A stretch of 64,000 nucleotides of DNA, from the NCBI GenBank assembly GCA_013115145.1, contig JAAPAO010000060.1:1-64000 (forward strand). Reading direction: 5' to 3'. The stretch comes from Perkinsus chesapeaki ATCC PRA-425. Taxonomy: Eukaryota > Protista > Perkinsozoa. The notes beneath the pieces are model-generated. The model was not told the DNA's origin and searched no databases. It worked only from the letters and a program-made list of their open reading frames with translations. The position numbers were made by a program, and so were the translations under genes. Positions 22,158 to 32,908 of this stretch are shown here, piece after piece (the stretch's first letter is position 1; every line of letters starts with the position of its first letter).

Positions 22158-22491
22158 AATAAAAAAGCGCCGAGGGTGGAGGAAGACGTTGCCTGGCTGA
22201 ATGGAGGCCTCTAATTGAAGTTAACACAATAATCACGAGAAGACACACTACTGGGTAGTGTGGGCAAAAAGTCGTAGAATAAAGCACACCGTACCGGTAT
22301 GGATCAACAGAACTGTCCCTCGATGACACTCATCGAGGGACATGGAAATAAGCGGAGCGCATAAACACGTGCGCTCCATAAAAACCAACACCCGCATCAC
22401 ATGTTTGGTCGAATCTTGGTCCTTCCTCAGATCTGGAAAAGAAGCTCGGCTGGCTGCTACACTAGGACTACTACGGAAGGACTCACCTCCT

Positions 22492-22801
22492 TTAGTTGTC
22501 GGGCGGGAGGGCGGCGGCTGCGGAGTTACCCTCGGTTTCGAGGTGATCCGCTTTGCCTTCGCCGGTGCCGTCGTCAAGAGGACTCATTGGTGCGACATTG
22601 TCGGACTGGTTAACATCTCCTCCACAAGGCTCATCATACTCCCGAGTCATCCGTACCTTACAACAGTGAGGGTTCGGTGAGATATGTTGCAGCTACATAA
22701 CAAACAAAGGCAAGGTTGGTGAGGGCCATAAGGAGGCTGGCAAACATAATGATCAGGTCCATATCGGATGGGACAGATTTGGCCTCGGTGATAGTTGACA
22801 T
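22492..22801 (-). CDS. RING-less TM paralog 2 of the RING-H2 array (TM plus short acidic tail)
   Basis: MSTITEAKSVPSDMDLIIMFASLLMALTNLAFVCY, phase-0 intron, VRMTREYDEPCGGDVNQSD..LPPDN*. The TM is homologous to that of the gene at 24331. Confidence 0.65.
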
Positions 22802-23095
22802 TAAAAACGAAAGCTGCGAGTGTGACGGTATCAGCAGAACGCTACACGAGGAGTGTTATGACAAGATAGGACGGAACAAGGCTTTCGGAGGGAGACATTT
22901 CGGTGTACCGAGAGGAGGCAGGGAGCCTCATTGACTGTAAAACGATAAAGGCGCTGGGCCAGAAAAAAGTGCGATGAGGAGCCTCGGTATGAGGTCCTGC
23001 CGATGCTCATGAATATTTATATTAGCACCCCGGTGGACCTGATACAGACACTTGAAAGTTGCAGAGCTGAGCTATCGCACCGTGGATGATGAGAA

Positions 23096-23407
23096 TTATA
23101 CAATATTATCCTCGGAAGTATCCGAATAACGTTCCAAGTCTGATGATAGGGAATCCTCGATTTCGAGGGGGCAGACCAGAACCTCCTTCACAATGGTATC
23201 CGCAGCTGCAGCGGTGACGTTCTTCTCTTCCAAAGAAGTATCGTCCATTCTTGCCTGTCATCGACACGAATCAGCGGACCAGCCGCCAGGGCTTACATAG
23301 AAGACAAACGCCAGTGTGGCCACCGCCATGGCGCAGCTGCAGGCAATGATGATCGTGTCCATAGTGGTGTCAATGATAGGAGGGACAACAGCGGGCACGG
23401 AAGACAT
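23096..23407 (-). CDS. RING-less TM paralog 1 of the RING-H2 array (TM plus short acidic tail)
   Basis: MSSVPAVVPPIIDTTMDTIIIACSCAMAVATLAFVFY, intron GTAAGC..GACAG, ARMDDTSLEEK..RYSDTSEDNIV*. Confidence 0.7.
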
Positions 23408-23577
23408 TTGGTAACAATGGAAAATAACACTGAAGCAGGGAAGGAGCACGGTTGGTGACACTAGGCAAGTTGGGGTTAGAAAAGGGCACCGCAGGCTGCA
23501 TGGTATGCCTTCGGGGGAAATAAGGATGGCCGATACTGTCGTATACACAACAAAAACAAAAAGTAGAACACTCAGAG

Positions 23578-24331
23578 TTATATTGGAGGTGGAAGAGGGG
23601 CCTGAAGAGGAAAGCTGCGGAGGGGGGGGGGCGATAGGGCATAGCCTCACCAGTAGAGAGTGACGACACAATGGGCACACCGGGACATGGGCGACAGACA
23701 TCCATCTGAGGAGGGGGGCTGGATAGGTTGAGGGGAGGAACGAGCGGTACTTTCTGGCACAGTCTTCATGGAACAGATGGCCACATTGAAGCACTGTTAT
23801 GGTGTCTTCTGGATCGTAGGCAGACAGGCACACCGAACAACAGTCTAGTGATGACGACGATGATGCGAAACCGTTATCTGAAAGGATGACACTGATGGGC
23901 AGCAGCAGTAGGATTACACAACATCGCCTCGGCTTACCATGCATGCAAGGCGCTGCCGACGAGTGTGAGTTATGGGCCTGAGCAGTGAGTCGATAGGCAA
24001 GGAGAATGGGGCCAACAGCAGTGCCCACCGCGGAGAGCCAGCTTTGGAGAGTCATCACCGAGGCATCGAGGAACCGGTTGTGTTGGCGGTCATAGGTAGA
24101 GGTCTCGTATGGAGGGACGTCGGCGTCATCGTAAAGAGAGGGGAAGCGCTCCTTGGCTACGTGCACCTGGGGGGAAGTATAGTAGGCCGGGGTGGGGTGG
24201 GGGGTTGGACCGACGTAGATAACGAAGGCCATGGTGGCCACAGCCATACACAGACTGCCCATCATAATGATAGCGTCCATATCGGAGTCGTAGTGATGCA
24301 CTCCGGTGGTCTCGATAGTCTCAGGAGTCAT
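23578..24331 (-). CDS. TM + RING-H2 E3 ubiquitin ligase (array member 1)
   Basis: TM MDAIIMMGSLCMAVATMAFVIY. RING CSVCLSAYDPEDTITVLQCGHLFHEDCARK|WMSVAHVPVCPLCR. In-frame introns let the ORF finder read through into the next gene. Confidence 0.9.
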
Positions 24332-24351
24332 TGAGAAGTATTTAGACTTCC

Positions 24352-25377
24352 TTACAGTGGGTGCTTATTGAGGGTAACACAATCCCAGAGAGAGATAAAG
24401 AAATCGAATTGATAAACTGAGCAGCAGAATTGGGGACAAAGTGATCGCCTCGTCGTTTGTGAAATCGTTCCTTCCCGGAGGCTGCTATAGTACTTGAATG
24501 ATGCTCTCGGACCGGGGACGGGCATATGGAACCTGACACAACTCATCACGGTTACGTGGCTTTGAAGGGCAGTGATGACCTGGAACGATATGACTCGCCG
24601 CCGGCAGAGGGGGCATGACGGGCGTCCACCTGATCGGTCCAGCCACCTGAGCAGGACTGGCAAACATCACAGAAGGCTGTTGCTACTTTTCAAGACACTG
24701 TGAGTGAAATAAATGGAGACAGGGCAATTGTGTGATAGTGTCGTTGTCATTATACACTGTAAGGCAGATGGAGCAGTCACGCTGGCATTCCCATACGGAG
24801 CCTGATTAGCAAGATACTAACGCCATTCACTGCTACCTCCAGGCCTACCCGAGGTGGTGGAGAAATCTTCAAGGCGAATCGTTCGGCAGCGGACAAACCT
24901 TCGATGCTGAAAATGACAAGTGCATCATCATCAACTGCAGTCCTCCCCAACAGCCCTACCGGTGGCGGCCCTCCTGCTAAGCCGCGGCCCCGTTGCCGAA
25001 GGCCCGCTACTCGTGCCACCAAGCGAGCCCCCAGTACAAGACGGCTGGGGGTTCTCCTCGTTATGTCTCCTTGCCGAGCGTAGTCAAGCCAGACATCCTC
25101 CTCATCATCCCAGGGATCCAAGAGCTCCGTGTAGGCGATGTCATCGAAGGTTATAAAGAAATGGGACACGTACACCTGATGAGGATTTAGCGAAGGGAAG
25201 GGGAAAGGTTAGTAGTACTATTATAATGAAGCATGCAGTCGTAGCGACCATTACAATTCCGAGCAATAGTATTATTTCGGCGACGCTCTGGTCGTCGTTG
25301 ATGGCAAAGGGTGGGCGGGGGATGCCGAGCATGTGGGGGCCGGGGTGGGAGTCAGCTGCTGCAGCAACGCCTTCCAT
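24352..25377 (-). CDS. TM + RING-H2 E3 ubiquitin ligase (array member 2)
   Basis: TM EIILLLGIVMVATTACFIII. RING CSICLTVYNDNDTITQLPCLHLFHSQCLE(K/R)|WLDRSGGRPSCPLCR. 3' end approximate. Confidence 0.88.
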
Positions 25378-25436
25378 CAGAGTATCGGTATCGTGATGCG
25401 GTAACGAGTCGAATTATGAGTGAACAATGTCAACTA

Positions 25437-26400
25437 TCATGGTTTGGGGAATGTAATGTCGAACAAAAGAGTACCAAATAATAAAGTAAAAATGATGAAT
25501 AGCAGGCGTGAATGGTGGGAGGGGGAATGGGGCAGATCTCCCTGCTGCTGCTGCTCTAAATGACATAAGGTCTGGGGTCCTCCTCTGAATAACAACACTG
25601 AAAAAGGGAATTTACCAACAAAGGCAACAGCAAGGCAGTGCAGTCGTACAATCTTTTCTCGACATGATGGACAACGCTGACCGTTACCGAAGGACATCCA
25701 CCTGAGAGATGGTAGCCATTCGAGTGCTTTGCTGATTCAACAGGGATGATGGAGTAAGTTGGCAGTCTACTGAAGTCTCAGGCAATATTAGGCCATCAAT
25801 CTACATGTCTACGGCGGTAAGTGCACAAGAAAGGTCTACAAAGGAAAGTATTCTATAATAATGCCCACTCACTTTTCAATACATTTACTATGGTACGCAT
25901 GACCACAATGAAGCTCAGTAAGAGCATCTTCGGGACTAAAGTCCTCCAAACATATCGCACACGCTCTGAAAACACACACCTCGATAAACACAGGGGAGGG
26001 GGAGGAGGAGGCCTACAGCTCCTCGGCCATCTTTCTGGAACTGACAGAGTACTCCGAGAAGCTCTGAAGCAAGAACGGGAAGAACCATAGAAAGCATTAG
26101 TAGCGCTGCGAGCAGCAGCTTACTGTAGTCTTCAAGGTTTTCTGGGAATCGGCAGCCGAATGCAGCCGATGTCGCTGCCTCCTCCTACGGCGGCGGCGGG
26201 ATGCACAACAAGGCCAACTATTAAAGTCACCACTGTGGAAAGCCTTGATCTGAAGAGGAATAGTGGGAGAGTGGGGAGATGTCAGGGGACTACCAAACCG
26301 GCTGCTAATGGTAATAAACAAAATAAAGTGAAGTAAAACAGCCATCCAGACATTAGTATGCTCAAAAGGCTAACGGTCAGAGATGAAGACTGAAACTCGA
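25437..26400 (-). CDS. TM + RING-H2 E3 ubiquitin ligase (array member 3)
   Basis: TM LLSILMSGWLFYFTLFCLLPLAAGL, basic RRRRRRQRHR stretch, RING CAICLEDFSPEDALTELHCGHAYHSKCIEK|WMSFGNGQRCPSCR. Start and stop approximate. Confidence 0.85.
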
Positions 26401-26677
26401 CACAAGAATGATTAGGGAAAGTCACTGCCGATGCTACTATTGTCACCCTCTTATATCTGTCAATGACATTATTGTCAGCCTGATCAGCTGGTGACTAGGG
26501 CAAACACCCTTACAGGGCCAAATGGCAGCAGTAAAGGGGCGACAAGGCGATAAGGGAGGATAAGGTGAGTCACGACCGTCTCGGGATGTGATAGTGGTGG
26601 CGGTTAATTAGTGGTGGGCCTCATAGAAGGAGGAGGAGGTTATAAATTATCAATTTACTAAATAATTAGAGATGATT

Positions 26678-27242
26678 CTAGACAAAGGCACGACACATTG
26701 GACATTGCCGAAGTCTTCCACATGCCAGCCACCTGTACAACAACCACACAACAACCTGTACAGCAGCCACCTGTCGTTGTCGTCGACCCACCTTTCAATG
26801 CATTCCTCATGGTAAGCATGAGAGCATGACAGCTCCTCAAGGACATCACCGTCGACATACTTACCAAGGCATATGGGACATATCTCATCGGGATTGTCGA
26901 ATCTGAGTAACAGTTAAGTGCAAGCTGCTCCGGCCTGTCAGGTATTTACCTAGTGTCACCGGGGAGAGTAGCTAAAGGGTATCTTGTGGGCGGCGGCATC
27001 GCCGAGGTATATGAGAAGGTGGACTTCTCCCTATTAGGATTTGTGTCACACCATAGGGAACTATCTGACGTCTCCGAGGCGGAGGCTGCTGCTACTCTTC
27101 TGTGTCGCTTTAAGGCTATACACTAATTGAATAACAAAGACATCTGCGGTGGCGGTGAAAGAGGGCTTACCAGGCCGGAGAAAGCCACGAGTACGCCAAC
27201 TATTACAAATGCTGCTACAGCACATACGCCTTTCGCGTCCAT
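26678..27242 (-). CDS. TM + RING-H2 E3 ubiquitin ligase (array member 4)
   Basis: MDAKGVCAVAAFVIVGVLVAFSGL|CIALKRHRR. RING CPICLGKYVDGDVLEELSCSHAYHEECIER|WLACGRLRQCPMCRAFV*. Confidence 0.88.
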
Positions 27243-27897
27243 ATGAAATGGTAAAACTATTAGAACATGTCTCCCGATTTAGGAACTAACACAACCGGCT
27301 GAGATGAGGTTCTGATAAGGATTGTATAGCAATACGATACGCTAGTCGAGAACAACAACACCACCACCACATAGACAAATAAACGATAGACCGAGGAGGC
27401 TGCTACCGAAACAGCATTCTCGGATGAACTGTACAGGGGGGGGGCTGAAGGTAGAGCAAGTGGTGATGGGCAGAGGAAAAGTCCTATGCTGCGATTCCGC
27501 AGGACTTTCCCATAACTAACTAATCATGTATCCTCATACGCCGTCAATATCAGGACAATAGGGAAATACTACCGAGGATTAGCCTGTAGTGGAAGAGAGG
27601 GCAACAGGGAGGGCTCAACAACAACTGGTAGCTCAAAAAAGGTAAAGGGAAATATGGTATTATTGAGAGATATAGAGACCCACCGTGGTGGCCAGTGGTC
27701 CAATAGGACCTCATAAGAGGGGCGGCGCCTCACGCCTCGGAAAAGGCGGCAACGATGATGCTATTTACGGGGGCCTTCAACGGCCACGTTACCACGACGA
27801 GAGTCTAGGAAAAATATAATAAAATACACAAACTGTATGGAGGCCATAAAGGAGGAATTACTGCTGGTGCCGCTGCTGGCTGTGCACAGAAGTGCCA

Positions 27898-29139
27898 TTA
27901 GTACTGAGCAAACCCAAAGGATTCGGGGGAGAAGCCACCAAAGTAGTTCTCGTTCTGGAATCTGGCAGCCAGGGAGGGTAGCTGCTCACTGCCTCCTTGG
28001 TCCAGCCCTGGTATAGTGGGAAGGCAACATCCACCACCCGCGTCGCTACTACCCGAGGTGGTACTGCTCGTGGCACTGCTGCTGTTGCTGGAAGTCGTCG
28101 ACTTCGTTGACTTGCGGCTTTTACGATGCCTCCTGCCCCCCTTCGACCCTCGTGAGCCTCCTCCATTGATCTCCTTAAGTGCCGCTACAAGCTCCCGGAT
28201 CTCTTCCTCTGATGCATGATTCTCTTTGGCAATAAGCATCTCCTCCCTATCACGGACCGACTCCTCCAAAGTCTTCCTCAATGGACCGTAAATACGCCTT
28301 TTATTAACATAGACAGTCGAAATATAACCACCAGAGTTCTTCCATACCCCCGGCGGCGCGGCATACTCCTTCTTCCTCAGCGAGTTCAGCATCATATAGG
28401 GCGCGACTCCCCTTTGACCACCGCCGCCGCCGCAGCGAGTAGTGTAATCGGCCGTAGGCATCGGATCACCACCCCAACGAGGGACCGGGATCTCTTGCAG
28501 CGGTTGTTGTTCCTGTAGCACCTTAGCTCGCTTTAGAGCAGGTTCATCAGTGGTAGGCTGACATTGACATCCGTAACCATTGTCCTGTACGGCTGCCTGT
28601 GGTAGGGTTAAAGGATCCACGCACCGTGCCGCGATGATGCGGCTCAGAGCGTCTAGGCCAGGCTCCTGGGCGAGAACGTCAGTGCTGGAGTCAGCGAAGG
28701 CGGTGCTTAAACCAGTGGGACCATTAAGAGCAGTAGTTAAGAAATTCTGGGACTGTGTTGGAGTAGTTGCTGCGAACAAGTCGGTCGTCGGGCTTTCCAG
28801 TGAAGTGAGAGGCTGCAGAGCACCATATGGTGGTGACGACATGCCGCAAGCGCAGGCAACATCACTGGAGGAACAAGTAGACATAGTCCCCGATGGGGAA
28901 GCCGGCATCTGCTGGGGCTGCCCTCCCTGGCCTGGGGTAGTAGGCAGCAGCTGCTGAGGCTGTAGAGAGGTGCCTGATGGCGGCGTGTCGAATGGAAGGT
29001 CTAATACGACTGTAGGGTCATCGGACTTCTTCCACGCCGATGTTGTTGATGGTAGCACTTCATTGTTATTCCAAGCCATAGTGGGGAGACAATCTAGCTG
29101 AGACAATAAATCTTTGGCATTCATCAAACTCAACAACAT
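27898..29139 (-). CDS. Intronless 413-aa low-complexity protein with one AP2-like DNA-binding domain (putative transcription factor)
   Basis: Long ORF with ATG start. The domain PPGVWKNSGGYISTVYVNKRRIYGPLRKTLEESVRDRE resembles the AP2 three-strand-plus-helix pattern. A basic NLS-like segment (KGGRRHRKSRK) follows. Confidence 0.7.
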   Translation of the reverse strand: MLLSLMNAKDLLSQLDCLPTMAWNNNEVLPSTTSAWKKSDDPTVVLDLPFDTPPSGTSLQPQQLLPTTPGQGGQPQQMPASPSGTMSTCSSSDVACACGMSSPPYGALQPLTSLESPTTDLFAATTPTQSQNFLTTALNGPTGLSTAFADSSTDVLAQEPGLDALSRIIAARCVDPLTLPQAAVQDNGYGCQCQPTTDEPALKRAKVLQEQQPLQEIPVPRWGGDPMPTADYTTRCGGGGGQRGVAPYMMLNSLRKKEYAAPPGVWKNSGGYISTVYVNKRRIYGPLRKTLEESVRDREEMLIAKENHASEEEIRELVAALKEINGGGSRGSKGGRRHRKSRKSTKSTTSSNSSSATSSTTSGSSDAGGGCCLPTIPGLDQGGSEQLPSLAARFQNENYFGGFSPESFGFAQY

Positions 29140-29303
29140 AGATCATCCAGCTGTCCGAGGATCGGAGTGCGATGAGGCGAGAACCGTATCCTGTATGCCA
29201 TCGGTGATGCCTCCTTTCCCCTCATAGACTCATCACTGGGTGGTTTGGCCTAAAATGTGACCCGTCCAGGCTTCTAAATGAGGTGATTGCCGCGTAAAAA
29301 GGC

Positions 29304-29495
29304 ATGAGCCTGCCCCCCCACCCGCGTGCCCTATTTTGGGGGATTTTATGCTATACCGGAGCCGATTCCCAATGGAACTTTTATGAGAGTGACGAAGCCC
29401 TTGAGATGCTAAAGGATACTACTGAAGAAGCAAAAGGAACGGAAAAAGGCAATTATTGTTACTTTGGTACGGTAGCCGCAGCTCAAGATGCTTAA
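29304..29495 (+). CDS. Small hypothetical ORF (63 aa)
   Basis: ATG-initiated ORF with protein-like composition between the AP2-like gene and PRP17. No family recognised. Confidence 0.2.
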   Translation: MSLPPHPRALFWGILCYTGADSQWNFYESDEALEMLKDTTEEAKGTEKGNYCYFGTVAAAQDA

Positions 29496-29649
29496 GCCCA
29501 ACGTATCATTAGGACGATTATCAATGTGTGAATATTTCCGATTTAATCGTCAATGAGAAACTTGCGCATGAGGCATAATCGTTAAAGAGGTCCGAAAGAC
29601 AGGGCATAGTGGTGGTGATTAGGGGATTGTCTTTCGTCTTCTAAGAGCA

Positions 29650-32600
29650 ATGCTTTCCGGCTACGACAGTGACAGCGGTGATGAGGCCACGAAGGTGACG
29701 GCAAAGCCGGTCAAGGTCCATTTGCCACACATGCAATCTCTGGTAATAGCAGCGGAGTATCTTAGGTTGATGCGTGCTCCAGGTTGCTCCTGATGTCAAT
29801 ATAGACAGTCTTCTAGGGCCACAGAGGATAGATGTAGATTCCAAGACTAATGTAATAAGATATTCCGTTCATACCACACTTTACTCAACTCGCACAGGCC
29901 ATGATGACCAACCCCAAAGCCCGGGACTTGGCTCACACTGTAGATGTAATGAAGAAGGAGGATAAGCTTGCCATACGTGAGTAATCTAAGCTACATACAA
30001 TAGGATAGATGGGTGCTTAGGGGAAAGCGGACAAGGCGTCCATTTTGCCAAGAACCGTACTTTTGCTGGGGGCACTGTTGAGCCGCATCACATGTCCAAC
30101 TTTAACTTCGACAGACAGTAAGCAGGAGGAGGATGTCATGGCTGGTACGGAAGGATGTATGGCTTGGTCTAGGTACAACACGTTCCAGTCCTTTGGGTTT
30201 GCTGAGGCACCTGATGGTCGATTGATTAAAGCTGGTCAAGGTATGACTAAAAGGGAAAGAGAGATGGGTGGCTTGGTGACTAAGGTAGTGAAGTAATTAA
30301 GGGCAATGGAGAGGTAGGTGATGGTAGGTTGATGAGGAAAGGCTGGAGAGCGGGCTCGGGGTCTTTGCTGGGGGGTTGAAGAATGACAATAGTAGGAAGA
30401 GACTGAAGAATAGCGACCCGTCTGATATTGATGACTTTCAAGGTAGTAATGATGAGGTGTTGAAATAACATGTAGGGTTAATAAAACAAAGAGGGGTGGG
30501 ACATTAGGATCATTTCTTATAGGGGAAATTGATAATGCCGGGACAGGATTGGCAATCAGTGTATGCAACCTGTATAAAGTATTGGTACTTACCAAAGATG
30601 TTGATAGTCTTAGAGATGGGTCTTTAACGATAGGGTTCGTTAAGCAGTTGTCGAATAGGTTTGATAGGTCCCTGGGCTGGGTTTGAGGGCGAAGCTGAGT
30701 CCAATGAACGACATCAAGCTGAGCAAAAGGCACGGACAGATGCTGAGGAGGCTAAGAAGAAGGAGGATGAAGAGGCTGAGGAGAAAAAGAAGGAAGAGCT
30801 GGCTGAGCAGGACAAGAAGGTAATAGAGCGGGGAATGGCAGGGACTTCACAGTGGCCGATAGGACCCCGGCTCTACTACATCACAGTGGCATGGCAGTAA
30901 GCCTAAGGTTGACTATCAGGGCAGGAGCTGGATTGAATGTCCACCACAGCAAACTAAGAAGCAACAGAGAGTAGTAGAGAGTGGGTGAAGGAAGGGTGTC
31001 ATGTGTGTTGCAGATTGAAGCTCGGAATATGGAGTTTATAGAGGATGAAGATGACTATAGGAATAAAACATGTTATCTACCTAAGAAGTGGATACATACC
31101 TGGGAGGGGCACACACAGGGGGTCCAAGCGGTACTGAGGGTGAGGGGGAGGGTAGGCCGATGACATATCGGATGGTAGATACGCTTCTTCCCAAAGACTG
31201 CCCATTTGCTTATGTCTGCCGGCTTGGACGGTACGGTGAAGATCTGGGACTATTACAATACACGGTCGTGCCGTATTACGTATACAGGACATGAAAAGGG
31301 CGTTAGAGACGTAGGATAGGGTATAGGAGGAGAAAGAGTCACTGCGCCACGAAATTCAGGTGCAGTTTATTGGAGATGGTACTAAATTTGTGTCGTGTTC
31401 CTATGATCACCATGTTAACTATTGGGACACGGAGACCGGCAAGGTTATTAGGAAGTTCGATTTGGGCAGCAGCTGCTACAATTTGGCGGTAGGGTGGGGC
31501 TGGGGAGGGCACTGGTTGACAAAGTCCTTGGATAGGTCCATCCGACAGAGCTCAATTCATTTGTGGTGGCGTGCCATGATCGGAAGGCAGCTCAGTTCGA
31601 TCTCAATTCGCCTGGGGAAGAGCCAATACAGCTGTACAAGGATCATTTAAGAGCGGTTAATACTGTAACTATATGCGACGATGGAAAGAGGTACTGGGGG
31701 GCCCTGATGGAGAGTGGAGCGGTATGTTCAGATTGGTGACGACTTCCGATGATAGGAAGATGTTTGTATGGCACTGGGGCATACCTGTGGTGGATAAGTA
31801 CATTGCCGATCCCGGAATGTAGTGCGTGAGGATGGGGGATTTCGTGGCGCAGCGGTCATTTGTTCAGGTCCTCAATCCCGGCAGTAACGCTTCATCCCAG
31901 TCAGAAGTTTATGGCGTGTCAGTCAATGAATAATCAGATTGTAGTATATCAGGCATATGGCGGCTTCAAGTATACAGCGGTTAATATTGGGGCGCGTGAC
32001 GGTTTTGGGTTAGGTTGCAAGGACGGAAGAGATTTAGTGGTTTCAATAATTCTGGATATGCCATTGAGCCTGGATTCTCGGCTGATGGAAGGTAGTAGTA
32101 TCTTTGGAAAATCTTCGCAGTGCGGAAAGATTCCCTCCTAGATACATAATGTCTGGTGATGGCGATGGTCGATTGCACTTCTGGGACTGGAAGTCTTGCA
32201 AACTGTAAGTTTTTAGCTGCAGATCCGGTCCTTCTAGGCCAAAATTCGTAATAGGCACCCCTTCGGTGGAGTAGGCCAATTGTATGTCTGTAAGCTGTAT
32301 AATGGCACAGATGCTTTAGTTCCTCCGTTTTAACTTTGGTGATGAGGTTGTGGTATATTGGGATGGAGAAGGGACGTGTAGTCTTTATTATGGTCTGTTC
32401 ACTCTTTATCTAAAATTAAGAGTTGAACAACCTAATAAAGCTGATAGATATTTGCACGATTGATATTATATCATTACATTTATAAATTATTATTATATCA
32501 TTACATTTATATATTACTATTATATCATTACATTTATAAATTATTAGTATATCATTACATTCATATATTACTATTATATCATTACATTTATATATTAATA

Positions 32601-32735
32601 TTCTCCTGCCTCTCTCTCAGGTATCGAACACTAAAGGCTCATGATGGATGTTGCATATCCTGTTTATGGCATCCAAACCAAGCCAGTAGGGTGGTGACAG
32701 CTGGTTGGGATGGCAAGATTAAACTCTGGGACTGA
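29650..32735 (+). CDS. PRP17: Pre-mRNA processing factor 17 (PRP17/CDC40), WD40 protein
   Basis: VAPDV; [29 protein letters not shown]; GPWAGF; [44 protein letters not shown]; [19 protein letters not shown]; [11 protein letters not shown]; [37 protein letters not shown]. Confidence 0.95.
32464..32598. repeat. AT-rich 27-bp minisatellite x5 in the last intron of PRP17
   Basis: TATTATATCATTACATTTAT(AAATTAT/ATATTAC) units start at 32464, 32491, 32518, 32545 and 32572. Confidence 0.95.
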
Positions 32736-32908
32736 TCATAGCCTTCGTCACCACCGTCGAGGGGCAACTCGTAACATTGTCATACAGCCTGAAGCACTCC
32801 GTACAGTAAAGGAGCCCGTTGGAGTTGTTTCCATCACATTTAGCGTATGCCCAACACCATATGTTGAGTTGAACAATTACAATCGTAAAGTGTTGCCTTG
32901 GCCTGGTT

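Noticed and set aside
23258-24331. Single 357-aa ORF as one protein
   Set aside because: It reads through in-frame introns and an intergenic gap, merging RING gene 1 with the first exon of the next paralog.
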